A stretch of DNA of 63,145 nucleotides, filler included, from Octopus bimaculoides (lineage: Eukaryota), in assembly GCF_001194135.2 (NCBI RefSeq). It is 8 parts of 7 records of this genome, joined end to end, with 100 filler letters (N's around TTAATTAATTAA, not from the genome) between each part and the next. Parts side by side here need not be neighbours in the genome. Positions count along the whole stretch, not along the records: positions 1 to 12,088 come from NC_068988.1; positions 12,189 to 17,488 come from NC_068992.1; 6 more parts are not named here. The stretch is one strand, 5' to 3'. The first letter of the stretch is position 1. Each line of letters starts with the position of its first letter. A model generated the notes under the pieces. The model had not been told where the DNA came from, did not search any database, and saw only the letters and a program-made list of their open reading frames with translations. Shown in pieces: positions 1 to 12,333 of the stretch. Both the position numbers and the translations under genes were made by a program.

Positions 1-66
1 TAGTCTATGACCACAACTGAGAGCAATATATTTTATACATATATATATATGTAAATATATATAACT

Positions 67-106
67 AAATGACTGAAACAAGTAAAAGAGTAAAAGAGAG
101 TAAAGA

Positions 107-107
<1 letters not shown>
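67..107 (+). mobile_element. SINE group A 3' tail fragment
   Basis: aaatgactgaaacaagtaaaagagtaaaagag matches the 3' end of the long copies at 35132-35503 and 36090-36923. Confidence 0.7.
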
Positions 108-142
<35 letters not shown>

Positions 143-744
143 CAACTCTTATTATTGAGAGATAAGTATTGTTTGCTGACTATTGTGTCCTTGTCTGTAA
201 GTGAGCATTCAGAGACAGTGGATACCTTCAGTAGTGCAGTCTCAAAGTTCTACATGAAAACTGAAGTTCTCTGTGAACCAAGCTCCGACGGGATCTAAGT
301 GCTCAATCATCATAAAAGCACAGAAGTATTTACAGGGAAGCCATTTTACCTATCTGACAGCCTGTACTTACAACTGGCTAGTAGGTTGAGAAATCAGAAT
401 AGACCCTGACTAAGATTCTATGACTTGATTAAATACAATTTGAGGCAGTTACACACTGAAATCCATAGCACAATCACAAAAGTCAAGGATAGAAACTGAT
501 GAAGGGAAGCAACCTACATTTGATATTATGACTTCAGACAAAACATATGGGCAGTCATTGTTGATATTGATTGGTAGCCTATGGTGTGACTTCATAGGCA
601 ACACATTGCCATTACATTCTTCACAATACAATACTGTTATATCATGGACAGCATTATCAACAGCTATGTTGACAGTATATTACTGTTACATTCTTGACCA
701 TATATTACTACTACTTTATTGAGAGAATATTATTGTCACATTAC

Positions 745-811
745 TGACAATATATTAGTTACATCCTTGACAATATATTAGTTACATCCTTGACAATATA
801 TTAGTTACATT
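745..811. repeat. 23-bp minisatellite, about 3 copies, within a larger degenerate array (about 611-1100)
   Basis: tgacaatatattagttacatcct repeated at 745, 768 and 791. Confidence 0.9.
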
Positions 812-982
812 TACGTTCTGAGTTGAAATTCCACTGAGGTCAACTTTGCTTTTCCTCCTTTTGGTGTTCATTAAATAAGTACCAGTTACACACTCGGGGT
901 TGATGTAATCCACTTAAACCCTTTGTTTGTCCTTGTTTGTCCCCTCTATGTTTATCCCCCCTCCATGGGCAATAAAGAAATA
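812..982 (+). mobile_element. 5'-truncated SINE group B copy
   Basis: acgttctgagttgaaattcc...aataagtaccagtt...ggggttgatgtaatc matches 27560-27775; flanked by the 17-bp direct repeat aatatattagttacatt (795-811, 983-999). Confidence 0.85.
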
Positions 983-1403
983 AATATATTAGTTACATTA
1001 TAGAAAATATATTACTGTTATATTACTAACAATATACTTGTAATTTTATTTACATTACTGAGAGTATAATATCATTACATTATTCACAATATAATACTAC
1101 TGCTTATATTGACAATGGTATTTTATGGTTGGTTATACTATCGGAGGTATGTTAATGGTGGTTAAATTATTTGATCTGAGAAAAAAATTGAGAAGTTGGC
1201 AATACTCTTATTTGAACTCAGAAGAGAGGGGATGTAGACTACTTATCATATATGTATATTATCTAATTTCCTTCTATATTTATTTTCTTTTGTCCTTTGA
1301 CTAATCTAATTCTTATTATTTTTACCTTAAAAAGCAGCAAATGTCAAACAAGCAAACAGAAATAGACACAAACACGCATAACATAATTGGAAAATAATAA
1401 TAC

Positions 1404-1465
1404 TGATGATGACAATGATGATTATGATGACGATGATGATGAGGAGGAGGAGGATAATGATGAGC

Positions 1466-1505
<40 letters not shown>
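1404..1505. repeat. compound (GAT)n/(GAG)n/(AAT)n microsatellite
   Basis: direct inspection. Confidence 0.95.
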
Positions 1506-1996
1506 GATATAAAAATGTATCTAAATGTTAAAGATTGCATATTTGCAATTGGGAAAGAAAGAAATGTATAGCAACCACTAATGTTTAACCATGTTTAAAA
1601 TCAGGAGACACACAATGGAGACATCGTTCAGCTCAGATACAGCAACGTCTGTGTGGAGTGAACATGGCATGTTTCAATAACACAGTCGAGTAATAAAATA
1701 ACGTTAGTACTTAATTATACACCTTGTCCACTGGAATGTGAACAACTTCAAGATTGCCAAGAGAACGAAAACAAAAGAAAAGCATTTGCTAAATATATAC
1801 ACCATCAAAATAACAAGAACATTCATCATAAAATATCTTAAACAACAAATTCAGAATTGAAAGAGAGAAACAGAAGTGATACAAGGGATATGCATTGATA
1901 CATACATGCATACGTGTGTGAATATATATATATATACATATATATTTATATATATATACATATGCACACACACATATATATGAATATATATATATG

Positions 1997-2038
<42 letters not shown>

Positions 2039-2416
2039 CATACGCATATATATAAAGAGAGAGGGAGGGAGAGGGCGGAAGGAGAGGGAGAGAGGCAGAG
2101 GGTTAGGACAGACAGAGTAGAGGGTTTTGAAGACACGTACCAACTACATAATATGTAATAGGAAAGAATTGCTAATGATTAGGTGTACATGTTTTATGCT
2201 CACTCTACCTTAAAACACAGAAGCAGAGACATGTCTTACACACACATGCCTAACTACAGACATACATTCATCAGACACAGACATGCACAAAATATAATAG
2301 AAACAAGGACAAGATGAGACACATACACACTCTGGCATTCTGTAATGATATGCAAATTAAAAGAAAAAAAGCAACTGTATGTATATATATATATATATAT
2401 ATAAATATATGTACAA

Positions 2417-2467
<51 letters not shown>

Positions 2468-3160
2468 NNNNNNNNNNNNNNNNNNNNNATATATAAACAC
2501 ATTACCTAGTTTTTTTGTTGTTTTTCTTTTGTTAGTTTGTTGTTTTTTAATAGCCATTTTCAATTTTCTTTCCAAATTGAAAGCTTGCTTTTCACAAAGA
2601 CATTCGTTGCCGATCTGGAAGTTGTAAATTAAAGAGACTTCCACAGTAAGATTCAATATCTATGGAGTTTTTTTTTTTTAATGGTATTTTTATTCTAACT
2701 CCCTCCCATCTTTATGATATAAACTCAATATTCCTTTTTCTTCATGCATTCAAGAAATAAACAACAGTATTTGTAAATATATAAAAATAAGGAAATTTAC
2801 CAGATTGATATAAAAGAAGGTAACAAAAATAAAAAAAGAAATCTGAAGGAAGTTAAGCAAAACGAAAATCACACACAAATATCTAAAAAGCAAATTTTGC
2901 TCATCATAACACCTACACTAAAAAAAAAAAAATAGAATTTAAAAAGAAAAAAAATAATAAATGTGAAATTAGAATCAGTGATACATTTTGATGAATATCA
3001 GCAAAAATCACACAAAAAATGTTAATGAAAACCCCTAAGAATATTTCCACTCAAAGAATTTTTCAATAAACATAAACTGTTAGAGCAAAGAATTTAAAAC
3101 AAGGAAACTGTAAAGGCAAACAGAAAAGTAGTGAGGGAGAGAGAAAGGGGTAGGGAAGAG

Positions 3161-3276
3161 AAGGAGGAGGAGGAAGAACAAGAACAACAACAACAACAAC
3201 AACAGCAGCAGCAGCAGCTGCAGCTGCAGCAAGGATGATGAGGACAATGACAGCGACAACAGCAGCAGCAGCAACC
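3161..3276. repeat. compound (AAC)n/(AGC)n trinucleotide tract
   Basis: direct inspection; explains the poly-L and poly-A/V ORFs here. Confidence 0.9.
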
Positions 3277-4214
3277 ACAGTGTCATGTGAATTTAGAATG
3301 TCTGCCATATCTGAAGTGACATTTGCTGTTGTGACGAGCAAATACAGATTATTATTAGCCAAAAGCGATTATATTAACAACTGTCGATAACACTATGATT
3401 CAAATAAACAAAAATGGAGAATTATTTATATACAATCAAACAACCATACACACATTATACATACTTTATATACATATATGTGTGAGTGTATGTATGTAAA
3501 ATGTGAGAAAATGTTAAAAAGACATATAAGTGTTCAGACTAGACCTAGCACTCAGAAATCCATCATTGAGGGAACAGACACAGGATTCATAGAAATATGA
3601 GTTGACAGAAGCATTGTACAGGTCAAGCTAATTCTAAGTATAATAAAATAAGTTATGAACAGGCAGTTACAAGGCATCTTCTCAAGTTTAAGTGTATACA
3701 AATGTGTTAAATATCAATTTATACAAATATATTGTATTCAGTGCTGCTTCATGTTATCGAAGTTAATTAATTCTAGCTTGACCAAGCATTAACCATATCA
3801 TTGAATGTAGTGTTTGTTGTTCTGTTTAAGAATGAATTATTTTTTACACGATGTGAAATGCCCTTTTGATATTTGTAGCTGATGATGTGTAACAATGAAG
3901 AAATGCAAGCATCCTATGGCTCAATGACGTCATTCACAGCCTAGTGTTTTTTACACAGTCGTTTGAGAAGAGGATTTCCTTCCGAAACTATTTCAACAGT
4001 GAAAATTCTCTTCACATTCTAGCGTATGTAAACATCTTAGACATGATTTTACATTATACATTGATAAAAGCTAAGACTGTTACAATCAAAACAAAGCTAA
4101 AATACTGCTTAATGCTTCCATGTTACTCTCTTAATCAGTGGAATTCTCCGCAATATGATTTTCTTATGAATATTTCCTTGAGACAATAAAAATTTCTTGG
4201 TGTCATTAAGAACA

Positions 4215-4427
4215 AAGCTGCAAACTAGCAGAAATGTTAGCACACTTGGCAAAATACTCAACGGCATTTTGTTTGACTTTACAATCTGAGTTCAAAATCT
4301 TCTGCGGTCAACTTCACCTTTCATCCTTGCAGGATCAATAAAATAAATACCAGTTGAGTACTGGGGTTGATGTAATTACCTTACTTGCTTCTCGGAAATT
4401 GCTGGCCTGGTGCCAAAATTAAAAACC
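4215..4427 (+). mobile_element. SINE group B, diverged
   Basis: ctagcagaaatgttagcacacttggcaaaatac...tctgagttcaaa...aaataccagttgagtactggggttgatgtaat. Confidence 0.8.
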
Positions 4428-4714
4428 AGTATCATTAAGGAGATTTTTAAAACCATATGTTTAAATGATTTCATAATTAATTGTTCTTTTTACAGCCTTT
4501 CGTTAAATATTTTATTCATTCATCCACCTCTGTAACATTAGATTTCTTCCTAACAGTGGATACATTTTGAGCTATTTTTTCCTAGACATCATAAATAGGA
4601 TGTTTCTGCTCATAAAACTAGAGTCTATGATGTTAGTCATTGATAAAATGTGTTTGTTTTAATATCCCTGTTGCAGTTTGTTTTGAATGAAGAATAACCA
4701 TTTTGGTTCATTTA

Positions 4715-4957
4715 TTCTTTTACTTATTTCAGTTATCTGACTGTGGCCATGTTGGAGCACCACATTTTAGTCGAAGAAATCGACCCCAGGACCCATTCTT
4801 TGTAAGATTGGTGCATATTCTATCGGTCTCTTATGCTTAACTGCGAAGTTACAGGAATGTAAACACACCAACATTGGTTGTCAAGCGATGGTGTGGTGGG
4901 GACAAACACAGACACAAATACACACATGAATATATACATACATACATATATATATAC

Positions 4958-4989
<32 letters not shown>

Positions 4990-5153
4990 ACAATGAGCTT
5001 CTTTCAGTTTCTGGCTACCAAATCCACTCACAAGGCTTTGGTCAGTCCAAAGCAATAGTAGAAGACACTTGCCCAAGGTGTCACACAGTGGGACTGAACC
5101 CAGAACCATGTCGTGGAGAAGCAATCTTCTTACCACACAGCCACGACTGCACC
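4715..5153 (-). mobile_element. SINE group A, near full length, CpG-decayed
   Basis: reverse complement runs from the head gtggctgtgtggtaag through an internal TA/CA microsatellite to the tail ctgaaataagtaaaaga. Confidence 0.9.
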
Positions 5154-5257
5154 TTGAATACCAAAATACATAAGCTAACTCTTGAATGGCAAAGACCAAT
5201 ACAGTTTGGAACCAGTAACAGTGCAGCTAGTTCTAAAGCTGAGTGTTTTGAAGGAAA

Positions 5258-5318
5258 GTGAAATAAAGAGTCTTGCTCAAGAACACAACACACAGCCCAG
5301 TTTGAGAATTGAACTCGC
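5258..5318 (-). mobile_element. SINE group C central-domain fragment
   Basis: gtgaaataaagagtcttgctcaagaacacaac matches 52499-52530 and 37712-37743. Confidence 0.6.
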
Positions 5319-5398
5319 AATTTCATTATTGTATAAAACCAATGCTCTAATGATTGAGTTATGTACCCTCATGACTGTCTACATACATACATATCAAT

Positions 5399-5433
<35 letters not shown>

Positions 5434-5635
5434 TATATATTATACTTTTCAAGAAGTTGGATGTCTATGACTTCGAAGTTACTGTTACTTCTCTTCTTGT
5501 ACGAGTATAATGCATAAGTGCTCTACAAAATCTACTGGATAATTCTTCAGTTTAATATTAAATTCGTTTTGCTATGGCTCAACAGTAATATATACGTATT
5601 TATACATGCATAGATACATAAATAAATACATACAT

Positions 5636-5636
<1 letters not shown>

Positions 5637-5720
<84 letters not shown>
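5637..5720. repeat. (TG)n microsatellite
   Basis: direct inspection. Confidence 0.97.
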
Positions 5721-5723
<3 letters not shown>

Positions 5724-6052
5724 ATACACAGAGACACACACACATATATATATATATATAAGTATATTTGATGTCCTTCTATGCAGTTTCTGTCTACTAA
5801 TTCCATGCAGAAGTCATTGGCCAACTAGAGGCAAAATGAGAAGATACTTGGTCAATATAATATCATAGGATTGTATTCAGTTTAATAACAATAAACTAAC
5901 TATAAAATATTAATACTGTATAATAATATCCACTATAAATTACTCATAAATGTAGGTATATAACTGTGTGTATGTGCGTATATATAGAAATATGCACGTA
6001 CACATATACACACATACATTTATGCATGCATATATATATGTGTGCGTTTTTG

Positions 6053-6084
<32 letters not shown>

Positions 6085-6092
6085 CGTTTTTG

Positions 6093-6169
<77 letters not shown>

Positions 6170-7087
6170 ATGTGTATATATACACACACAAACACTCAGA
6201 ACATGTATATAAATGTATGTAAACATATATAAATGTGCATGTGTGTAGAAACATAGATATGTAAACATATATATAAATATATGCATATTTTAAATAGACA
6301 TCACTGAATATCATTTTTTCTCCCTCCTTCCCTCTCTCTCTCTCTCTCTCACGCTCTCTCTCTGTAAGTATGTGTCTAAGTATTTATGTATGTGTGTGTG
6401 TGTTTATATATGTATATATTTCTATGTGTGTTTTATTATCTTGCTCCCAGTTAAATATTAGAACATCTATTTGAAGGCTGTCATACTTGTTTTCCAGATT
6501 GATAGTTTAATGCCAGTTTGCTTTTTGACCTACACCCTACAATCATACATCACCCTTTGATGCCCTATATGGAAAATAAATGATTTCTGACTACATCCTT
6601 GTATTAGCCTGTTCATATGTTCATCTCAAAACAATTAAAGAAAAATGGAGAAACATTCTTATGTGGAAAAATATAGAAAATCATCTCATAAAATGTCTAT
6701 CAGTGTAGACATTATATTTCAGACATTTTGTATTATTCTACCATTTGTCTCAGTTCTTTTCTTCATGGCTGACTGAAACTTGCATCCAGTAAGTAGCGCC
6801 ATGTGTCCAGTTGCCAATTATTATTCTTAGCTTTTATGCAAAAGACATAATTGCCATGTAGCCTCCCTACTTCTGCAACCTTTCTTCTCACTCATTCTTT
6901 CTCCCTCTGTAGCTCTTTATTTATTCATCATACCCTCTGTTAATTTGTGATGCCATGACTGCTTAAGCAATTTATATTTTCTATTGTTAGGTTGTTTGAA
7001 ATCTAAGTCAAATTGAAGTGAATGCTCAATATCCTACTAAGCATAAATATATACACATGCATAAATACATACATGCATACACATGAA

Positions 7088-7098
7088 GATAGATAGAC

Positions 7099-7160
<62 letters not shown>

Positions 7161-7229
7161 GCAGGCAGGCAGGCAGGNNNNNNNNNNATAGATAGATAGA
7201 TAGGCAGGCAGGCAGGCAGGCAGGCAGGC

Positions 7230-7276
<47 letters not shown>

Positions 7277-7278
7277 TA
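7088..7278. repeat. compound (GATA)n/(GGCA)n/(GACA)n microsatellite
   Basis: direct inspection. Confidence 0.95.
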
Positions 7279-7280
7279 GG

Positions 7281-8163
7281 GTAAAACCAGTAAAGACCGC
7301 CTACTACATATTCTCTGTACTTCACATACTTCGCTTTACTTACAGTGACTAGGTTATTCCATTTGTCATGTAGGACGAGTGTACCATTATTACTATTCCC
7401 TGCAACATCTCCCCTTTTAAGATTCTCTTATGAAATGTCATTTTATTTAGCAATAATTTTTTTTTTATTCGCTCCACCTCCTATTTTTAGGGTTTTTTGG
7501 GGGGATACAATTTAATATTTTTGGTGCTTGGCATCTATTTTCAGGAACTCTATGTGTTTTCTTTTCCTCTCACTCGTACACCTGGATTCAGTCACCTGCA
7601 GTGGCATTGCTACTTGGAACATATCGTACAACCATTCCATTGGTTCCTCCAGCTTCTCTGGCACACTTTCCACGAAACTCTATTTCAGTTGTTGTTGTTG
7701 TTGCTTCTGTTGTTGTTGTTGTTGCTTCTGTTGTTGCTCTTGCAGTTGTATCTGCTATTGTTGTTGTTCTCTCAGATGTTGTTGCTATTCTTGCAACACG
7801 AGCAAACCTGCCAACAAATTTTCCATACTTCTATGATTTTTCATAAAATTCATACCCAAACTTTGTGAGTTAATTAACTCTTCTTCAAGTTTCTATTAAC
7901 TCCACATTAAATCCTCAACGAGTTTGTTAATTCCTCGTGAGTTGTTTAAATCATCATCACCACTGTTATATCCTTATAATATTGGATTGTTATAACGTCC
8001 ACTTCAGTGTACAGTATATTTAGTAAAACCAGTAAAGAAAGGACTATCTCTGACCACCTACTACGTACTCCACATACTTCACCTACTTCGCTTTACTTAG
8101 AGTGACTAGATTATTCCATTATTCACATGGGAGGGGTGTACCATTATTACTAATTCCTTACCA
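7281..8163 (-). mobile_element. internally deleted LTR retrotransposon (two LTRs, PPT, poly-Q gag-like remnant)
   Basis: direct repeats 7281-7407 and 8023-8163; on the minus strand the polypurine tract AAAAGGGGAGA (7408-7418) abuts the LTR start TGTTG; stop-riddled frame 7826-7512 MENLLAGLLVLQE*QQHLREQQQ*...; no clear PBS. Confidence 0.7.
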
Positions 8164-8208
8164 TACACGCACACACACACACACACGCACACACACATGT
8201 GCATACAT

Positions 8209-8366
8209 ATGGCTTCTTTTACTTTCTGTCAATCAAATCCACTCACAAAGCTTCATTGGCCAAGGGCCAAAGTAAAAGATACTTGTCCAAGGTTTCGTGC
8301 AGTGGAACTGAACCCAGAACAATGTGATTTGGGATCAAACTTCTTACCACACAGCCATTCCTGTAC
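8209..8366 (-). mobile_element. SINE group A 5' half, diverged
   Basis: caaatccactcacaaagc...gatacttgtccaagg...cttaccacacagccattcctg. Confidence 0.8.
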
Positions 8367-9170
8367 ATATATTTATATGTTTCCCTACAGTAATTACCAT
8401 TCTGATACAGCTGTATTCCCATTCCTCCTCTTGCTTCCCCCTAACACCCAATTCTCAGTTTCCTAACCTAAATTATCCGCTGAAAAACATTTAATTCCAA
8501 AACTGAACTTTGCCTTCACAAAACAACTTAATATCTCACCTCTGTGTGTAGATATAAAAACAAAAAAGCAATTTTACAGGCATCAATAATTATTGCTTTC
8601 ACTAACAACATTCAATACCAGGTCTATTAACATTATTCCACACTCATACACACGACATACGACAAGCTGACATTTTAACCTCTCCAGCCTCAATCTTTTT
8701 TGTATTTGATTATCCTAATCACTAAACCAAACTCTCAAACTTACAAACCACATCCACCTTTCAGGTAAAACACACCTGCCACTCTAAAAGCACCACCTTT
8801 TAGTAAATACTTTTAAAATTAGAAATGATACGCCTATCAAATAGACAACATCTCATGCATCACTACACTTGTGAACAATATATTTATAATATTTGTTTGA
8901 GAAAAATCTCTCAGTCTGAGAATTCCCAATGAAGGCATTTATATTTATGGTTTAGGTATTCACGTCATAATCATATGGTTGTGCATTCAATTCTTGGAGC
9001 CTGCAGAATTTTGTGTCCTCAAGTAAGCAAAAATTTTTTTCATGTTGTGCCAGTTTGCACAGCTGTTATCATTACCAACCATGAGGGGTGCTTCTTTCCT
9101 TTTCCTTCTATCTTTCATATTGCGGGATCAAGAGGAACTGAATGTTTCTATGTCTGTGTGCAACTACTTT

Positions 9171-9679
9171 CGAGGGTGGACTGAAAAGTTCATAGGTTGA
9201 CTATGAAGGAGTGATGCTAGAACTGTGAAATCTTGCATGCATTAATTTCAATCCTTCTTATTAATAACTGCATTGTTTCTTTCCAGATAAGCTGACATCT
9301 AAGATTTCGAAGAGGACTTCAATAGTAACTAGTACTGACTTCTCTTGAAAATGGACAAAAGTTGGTATTGTACTGTTTTCAAGTACATGCAGAAAATGGG
9401 TTTAGCACCAAAGAGATTCCTGCTAACATAGTTGCTACATGTTTATCAACAGTGCAAGAGTGGGCAACTGAATTTAGGAGAGGAGGAGAGGGTCTTGAAG
9501 ATGATTCAAGATCAGAACATCCAACAACCTCCACCACCAAGGTAATATTGATCTTGTTCACTACATAGTGATGGATGAGAGAGAATTGACTATGAATCAA
9601 ATAGCCAATGCTATTAGCATAGTTTGTGAAACAGTTGAGAATTTTCTGCACAATGAACTTGTCATGATGAAGGTTTCAG
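9171..9679 (+). mobile_element. mariner-family transposon 5' fragment (TIR plus N-terminal transposase pseudogene)
   Basis: TIR-like cgagggtggactgaaaagttcatag at 9171; frameshifted ORF from ATG 9351 with STVQEWATEFRRGGEGLEDDSRSEHPTT and HTH-like LTMNQIANAISI. Confidence 0.85.
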
Positions 9680-10569
9680 TAAAGAAAAGATATCATAACT
9701 ATTTCCTAAACAGATATTGATAACATGAATACCATATTGGTGAAACAATTCCGTGAACTGTTCTGTAAAAGGATAAATGAAAATCATTTCTTACGAAATA
9801 TAAGTTAATCTTGTTCATCCACTTATTGCCATTTGTATAAATTCAGTTTATTTACTCTAGATACTGAGAGACATATTCACAGAGAAACAGGAATAATGAG
9901 TGGGGAAAAGAGAGCAGAATTAGGAAAGGTGGAGACAAAGGAATGACATGGGGTAAAGAGAGAATTGATATTCTTAGCTTTGAAGAGGTCTAAGTTGAAT
10001 GAGTTCCTACTTGATGAGGGAAAAAAAGACAATGATTTAGATTTCAGACCCACATGCCCTTTCATTTTTATTAGGGGTTATCTGTCAACTACAAATTAGG
10101 GTTACATACTCCTTTTTATAAGAAAATAATTCATAAGTTCTGCGGAGCATCATGTTGTTATTTTCCTAGTAAACAATGAACAATGTATCATGTCATTATC
10201 TCAAAACAAAATATTATAAGTGTGAGGCCAAGTTTGGTGCCACAAATGATGGGGGTGGGACTGAGAGATACGATGTTAGGATTAAATTATGTGTATTGAT
10301 GGAACAATAAATTGAATATGAAGAAAGGAGGAAAAGTGAAAGCAAATATAATTATAGAGCACAAAGATCGGTTAGAGTATAAGAAATTGAATGACCTTCT
10401 ATGTACAGTTGTACACCATTAGTGTTGCAAATATATACATACCTTCCTATATATGTATATATACGTAGTATGTATATGCATGCATGTGTGTGTGTGTGTG
10501 TGTGTGTATACTTATATATATGTGAGTTCATAAACGTAGCACAAGGATGAGTGAGAGGTGAGAAATAAA

Positions 10570-11070
10570 ATTGAGAAAGTTATTGAGTATGTAGACTTGT
10601 GGCACACATTACTTGAGGTTCAAGACATGGATCCTGAAATCGTGACGTGAATAAGGGCAAAATGAAAAACATTTTATCACAATTAAAGATGTGCTCAAAG
10701 CAAATATGGACAAGAATCTATGTGCCACCCTCTTCAATAGCCCTATCCTACCTGTACTCATAGGCAACTACAAATAGAGAAGGGTATCAATTAGCTATGA
10801 TGCAAAGGTCCATGAAAAGATCCATGTAAGAATATTGTTGTGAGAGCATATTCGAAATGAGGGAACACAACAACAAAGTGGAGTGAATGATATGATCATG
10901 GAAAACTGAAAGTTTGAGTTTCATTGGGCCAAGACATGCGGCAAAAGTTCTCAAACAACAGATGGTCCCATGGAAAAACAAGGATTCAATGAGCGTCCAC
11001 TACACATCTGGGAACTGACATGCCTACAGGCATGAATATTTTCATGCATGCACAAGAAGAGTGGCGTCAC
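10570..11070 (+). mobile_element. RTE-clade LINE, decayed RT C-terminal region
   Basis: across frameshifts IKDVLKANMDKNLCATLFNS, QRSMKRSM, NEGTQQQSGVNDMIMEN*KFEFHWA, FSNNRW and AQEEWRH resemble the RTE ORF C-terminus. Confidence 0.6.
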
Positions 11071-11117
11071 CTCCCAGCCAAAGGATTTTTCCCACATGAC
11101 AACAGTTTTGAACACAC

Positions 11118-11321
11118 CTTGAAAAATCATCTTCATTTAAGGGCTGTATTCCATGCTGACATGGCATGATCAGTTTAACCGGATTCATCAAGTTATAAGG
11201 TTATGTTGAACTCCATTGTTAACTTTGGCATAGTTTGCATGGTTAGGGGCCCTTCCTAATTTGACAGGGGTTTCTGGGTGCTGTTTTTGTGCTACCAGCT
11301 TTATTAAGGTTTCTATATAAC
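11118..11321 (-). other. candidate host-gene exon (5'UTR or first coding)
   Basis: very strong minus-strand acceptor ttttttcactttcctcttctttttctgtcttgcag|G at 11321; possible donor AAG|gtgtgt at 11118; internal ATG at 11188 gives MNPVKLIMPCQHGIQPLNEDDFS; no homology recognised. Confidence 0.35.
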
Positions 11322-11998
11322 CTGCAAGACAGAAAAAGAAGAGGAAAGTGAAAAAAGTTCCCACTACTAAGAGTGGTATTATTTATTAACGAGGCAGAGG
11401 GTGGCTTTATGCCAAATGTTGAAATGTTCATTCCTCAGTCATATTTTAGTAATCTAGAGGGACAAGCACAGGTGTGTTGCTACAGAGGAGATAGTTGTCT
11501 GAAGGAGATGAAAGGAAGCTAGTCATATACATACTTTCATATATACATATATGTATATGTATATGTGCATGTTTAGTGTACACAGGTATGTATATGTATT
11601 AATATATATATACATATATACATGTGTGTGTGTGTGTGTACACTTTCATTCATGTATTTTCAATAACTCTAGTTACATCTCACAAGATCTAAACATTTCT
11701 TTTGCAGTTTCCGTTAATGAACTTTGGCAGGTTAACTACCCCTGATTATGACGAAAGATGAATATTGATGATGCTTCGCTAAATTTAAATGTCTCATGAC
11801 TTGACTGTCATCAATAGGTATAGAGTCTCCTGTTCATCAGTAAAGTTTATAGTTGTTCAGATATATTTATGTATCAAGCTATTTTCTGGCAAATTACACT
11901 ACATAATGTATATAGTTTGAAAACAGTAGTTTTATGAAGCAATTTTGCAGCTACCAGCATCAAATTCATTTTAATGCATTTTGTCAAATAACTGTATA

Positions 11999-12051
<53 letters not shown>

Positions 12052-12088
12052 ATACACACATACATATACATATGTATGCATATGTATA

Positions 12089-12188
12089 NNNNNNNNNNNN
12101 NNNNNNNNNNNNNNNNNNNNNNNNNNNNNNNNTTAATTAATTAANNNNNNNNNNNNNNNNNNNNNNNNNNNNNNNNNNNNNNNNNNNN
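12089..12188. other. artificial scaffold spacer
   Basis: 44 N + TTAATTAATTAA (12133-12144) + 44 N = 100 bp. Confidence 0.95.
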
Positions 12189-12279
12189 TTTTTTCCTTCC
12201 TTCCCCCTCCCAAAAAGAAAAGCTCTACATTGTATTTGTCCCATCTTCGTTGAGCCCTGTGTGGCTAATAAAAGAAATG

Positions 12280-12333
<54 letters not shown>

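Noticed and set aside
6754-6788. Plus-strand 35-nt exon with good sites (FFSSWLTETCI) that would join in frame to 8956
   Set aside because: It lies antisense to what looks like a very old RTE fragment (about 6750-6990, minus: EWVRRKVAEV..GHMAL-like), so the splice-like sites are probably incidental
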